DNA of 64,000 nt from Myxococcales bacterium (GTDB lineage Bacteria > Myxococcota_A > UBA9160 > SMWR01): assembly GCA_022561775.1 (NCBI GenBank), contig JADFQO010000012.1:1018-65017 (forward strand). The letters run 5' to 3'. The position numbers and the translations under genes were made by a program. Under the pieces are notes generated by a model. The model worked only from the letters and a program-made list of their open reading frames with translations. It was not told where the DNA came from and searched no databases. This document shows positions 62,797 through 64,000 of this stretch, piece after piece (the stretch's first letter is position 1; the number at the start of each line of letters is the position of its first letter).

Positions 62797-63471
62797 TCAA
62801 CGCTCGGATGCCTCGGCGCTTTCGGGCGTGCAATCCTTCGCTTCGGGTAACCAATCGGCGGGATCGCGCAGCGCGAGGCGTCCTATGAAGTGGCGGAACG
62901 TCTCGAGTGTGAGTGTCGCGTCGGCCATCGCGCGGTGGGGGATTGCGTTTTCGATCAGTCCCGCGGTGAGTGCAGCCTGTCGCAGCGAAAGCGCCGAGAC
63001 CCGCTCGCCCGAGATCAGCGACCACGCGTAGAAGAGCGTCGCGAGGTCGATCACGTGGTAGTCGAAGGGAAACGGAATCTGGCAGCGTCGATAGCCACGC
63101 TCCAGGAAGGCCACGTCCATGCGGACGTTCTGGCCCGCGGGAACGACCAGCGCGCTCGCGGGCATCAGGTCGCTCAACTCCTGGAGCACTTGCCGCAATG
63201 GGGGCGCTCCCTGCCACGCCTCCGCGCTGTAGCCGCTGATCGCAGCACCCTCTTCACTGATGCGTTCCGCACGGGCGAGAACTTTCCACTCCCCGCGCGC
63301 CAACTCCGCCAACCGGTAGTCGGTTACGATCACGGCGATTTCGGTGATGTCGTGCAGCTCCGGGTCCAGCCCCCCAAACTCGCAGTCCATGAACGCGAAA
63401 ACGAGATTCGAAGCTCGCCGTCTTCGCTTTTTCGAGGTTGGGTTGGAGTGCGGAATGGGTGGCTCTCCCAA
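62797..63471 (-). CDS. DEDDh 3'-5' exonuclease (DnaQ/RNase T-like)
   Basis: ExoI FMDCEFGGLDP, ExoII-like NVRMDVAFL, ExoIII HRAMADA. The start is uncertain: TTG at 63471 is chosen because codons further upstream (to GTG 63561) have low GC3. Confidence 0.72.
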   Translation of the reverse strand: MGEPPIPHSNPTSKKRRRRASNLVFAFMDCEFGGLDPELHDITEIAVIVTDYRLAELARGEWKVLARAERISEEGAAISGYSAEAWQGAPPLRQVLQELSDLMPASALVVPAGQNVRMDVAFLERGYRRCQIPFPFDYHVIDLATLFYAWSLISGERVSALSLRQAALTAGLIENAIPHRAMADATLTLETFRHFIGRLALRDPADWLPEAKDCTPESAEASER

Positions 63472-64000
63472 CGGGAATCGGGCCGCGCGCCCGAAAGCGC
63501 AAAGGTCCGAAATAAAAGGATTTCGCGGAATTACGCTATCGCGTACTACGCCCCGATGCACCTGATTGAGCGGAAGTCATCAGAAAATCCATCACCGTGA
63601 TCGGGCCGTGTGAGACAATCGGGTGTTGCGCCGAATCTGAGATGAGCGGGTTTCGAATTCGAGTGTTGCGGAACAGGAGATCGGTCACGACGTTACAGCG
63701 CACCGTCATCTGCATCGCGGGCGACTTCTTCGCGGCCGGCGTCGCCGCGTCCCAGGCGAGTGCAAAAAGCCCCCGACGTGCAGTGCAACTCCGGGCCCAT
63801 CGAGTTCGTCGCGAGGTGCTACGGACCGGACGACGACGGCGACTCGTGCGAGGCAACGAGAAGGATCACCAAGAGCTGCAAATAGTCGCTGAATTGCCGT
63901 AGGCACGTTTCTGCTGGCTTTGGTGGGTCCACCCAACCGCAAAATCCACCGGATAAACATTAAAAGTTAAAAAATCCCAGGGGTTGGGTGGCGCTCCCAA

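Noticed and set aside
63944-63978. AT-rich 30-mer compared with the XerCD dif consensus (GGTGCGCATAA-TGTATA-TTATGTTAAAT)
   Set aside because: The match is partial (GTTAAA and ATAA blocks only). The ATAA/TTAT inverted arms and the GC-rich outer XerC arm are missing, so this is too weak to call dif.
63978-64000. GGGGTTGGGTGGCGCTCCCAA at the window edge as a possible start of an RNA gene (tmRNA, SRP or tRNA)
   Set aside because: Only about 20 nt are visible, and they do not match the 5' consensus I remember for tmRNA, 4.5S or RNase P RNA. It cannot be supported from this window.

Overview
Visibly GC-rich, almost wall-to-wall coding chromosomal segment from a Gram-negative bacterium. The gene order (xerC-hslVU-argB-argF...argG, korAB, an NAD-type formate dehydrogenase, exosortase genes) looks deltaproteobacterial or Myxococcota-like, but that is inference only.

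Positions 1 to about 24.7 kb form an exosortase/PEP-CTERM-type exopolysaccharide (EPS) locus:
- a partial exosortase co-oriented with a carbamoyltransferase, a DUF5989-type mini-protein and a possibly SxtJ-like small membrane protein;
- a sigma-54 response regulator, a Wza-like export lipoprotein, an outer-membrane beta-barrel, a Wzz-like chain-length determinant, an ExeA-like ATPase, a BY-type tyrosine kinase and a WecA-like initiating transferase;
- nucleotide-sugar genes (gmd, two SDR epimerases, ugd, manC);
- a Crp/Fnr regulator, a PAS histidine kinase with a second NtrC-type regulator, a PrsT-like TPR lipoprotein and a LysM (TsaP-like) protein.

The rest is mainly housekeeping:
- dprA, trmFO, xerC, hslVU, argB/F/G, aspS, icd-mdh-sucCD;
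- an FdsB-like/MobA/FdhA formate dehydrogenase cluster;
- korAB, a PilW-like/RodZ-like pair, recO, glyQS, an ECF sigma factor and a DEDD exonuclease;
- signalling genes interspersed among these (PilZ, receiver-GAF, receiver-GGDEF, PAS).

Most notable observations:
1. A roughly 95-nt multi-hairpin element is present twice in opposite orientation. In each copy its GCTAGC head supplies the stop codon of sucD or korB, and one copy also encodes the C-terminus of a convergent hypothetical ORF.
2. A textbook sigma-54 promoter sits in a 470-nt gene-free leader upstream of an ECF sigma gene.
3. A translationally coupled J-domain/TPR protein, lid-less Hsp70 and PAS trio is wedged between argF and argG.
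4. A MobA protein carries a MoaD-like tail inside the FDH cluster.
5. A 9 x 18-bp in-frame tandem repeat lies in the LysM protein.

I found no CRISPR array, rRNA/tRNA gene, transposase or recognisable defence system. All product calls rest on motif recognition by eye, start codons are best guesses, and no database search was possible.
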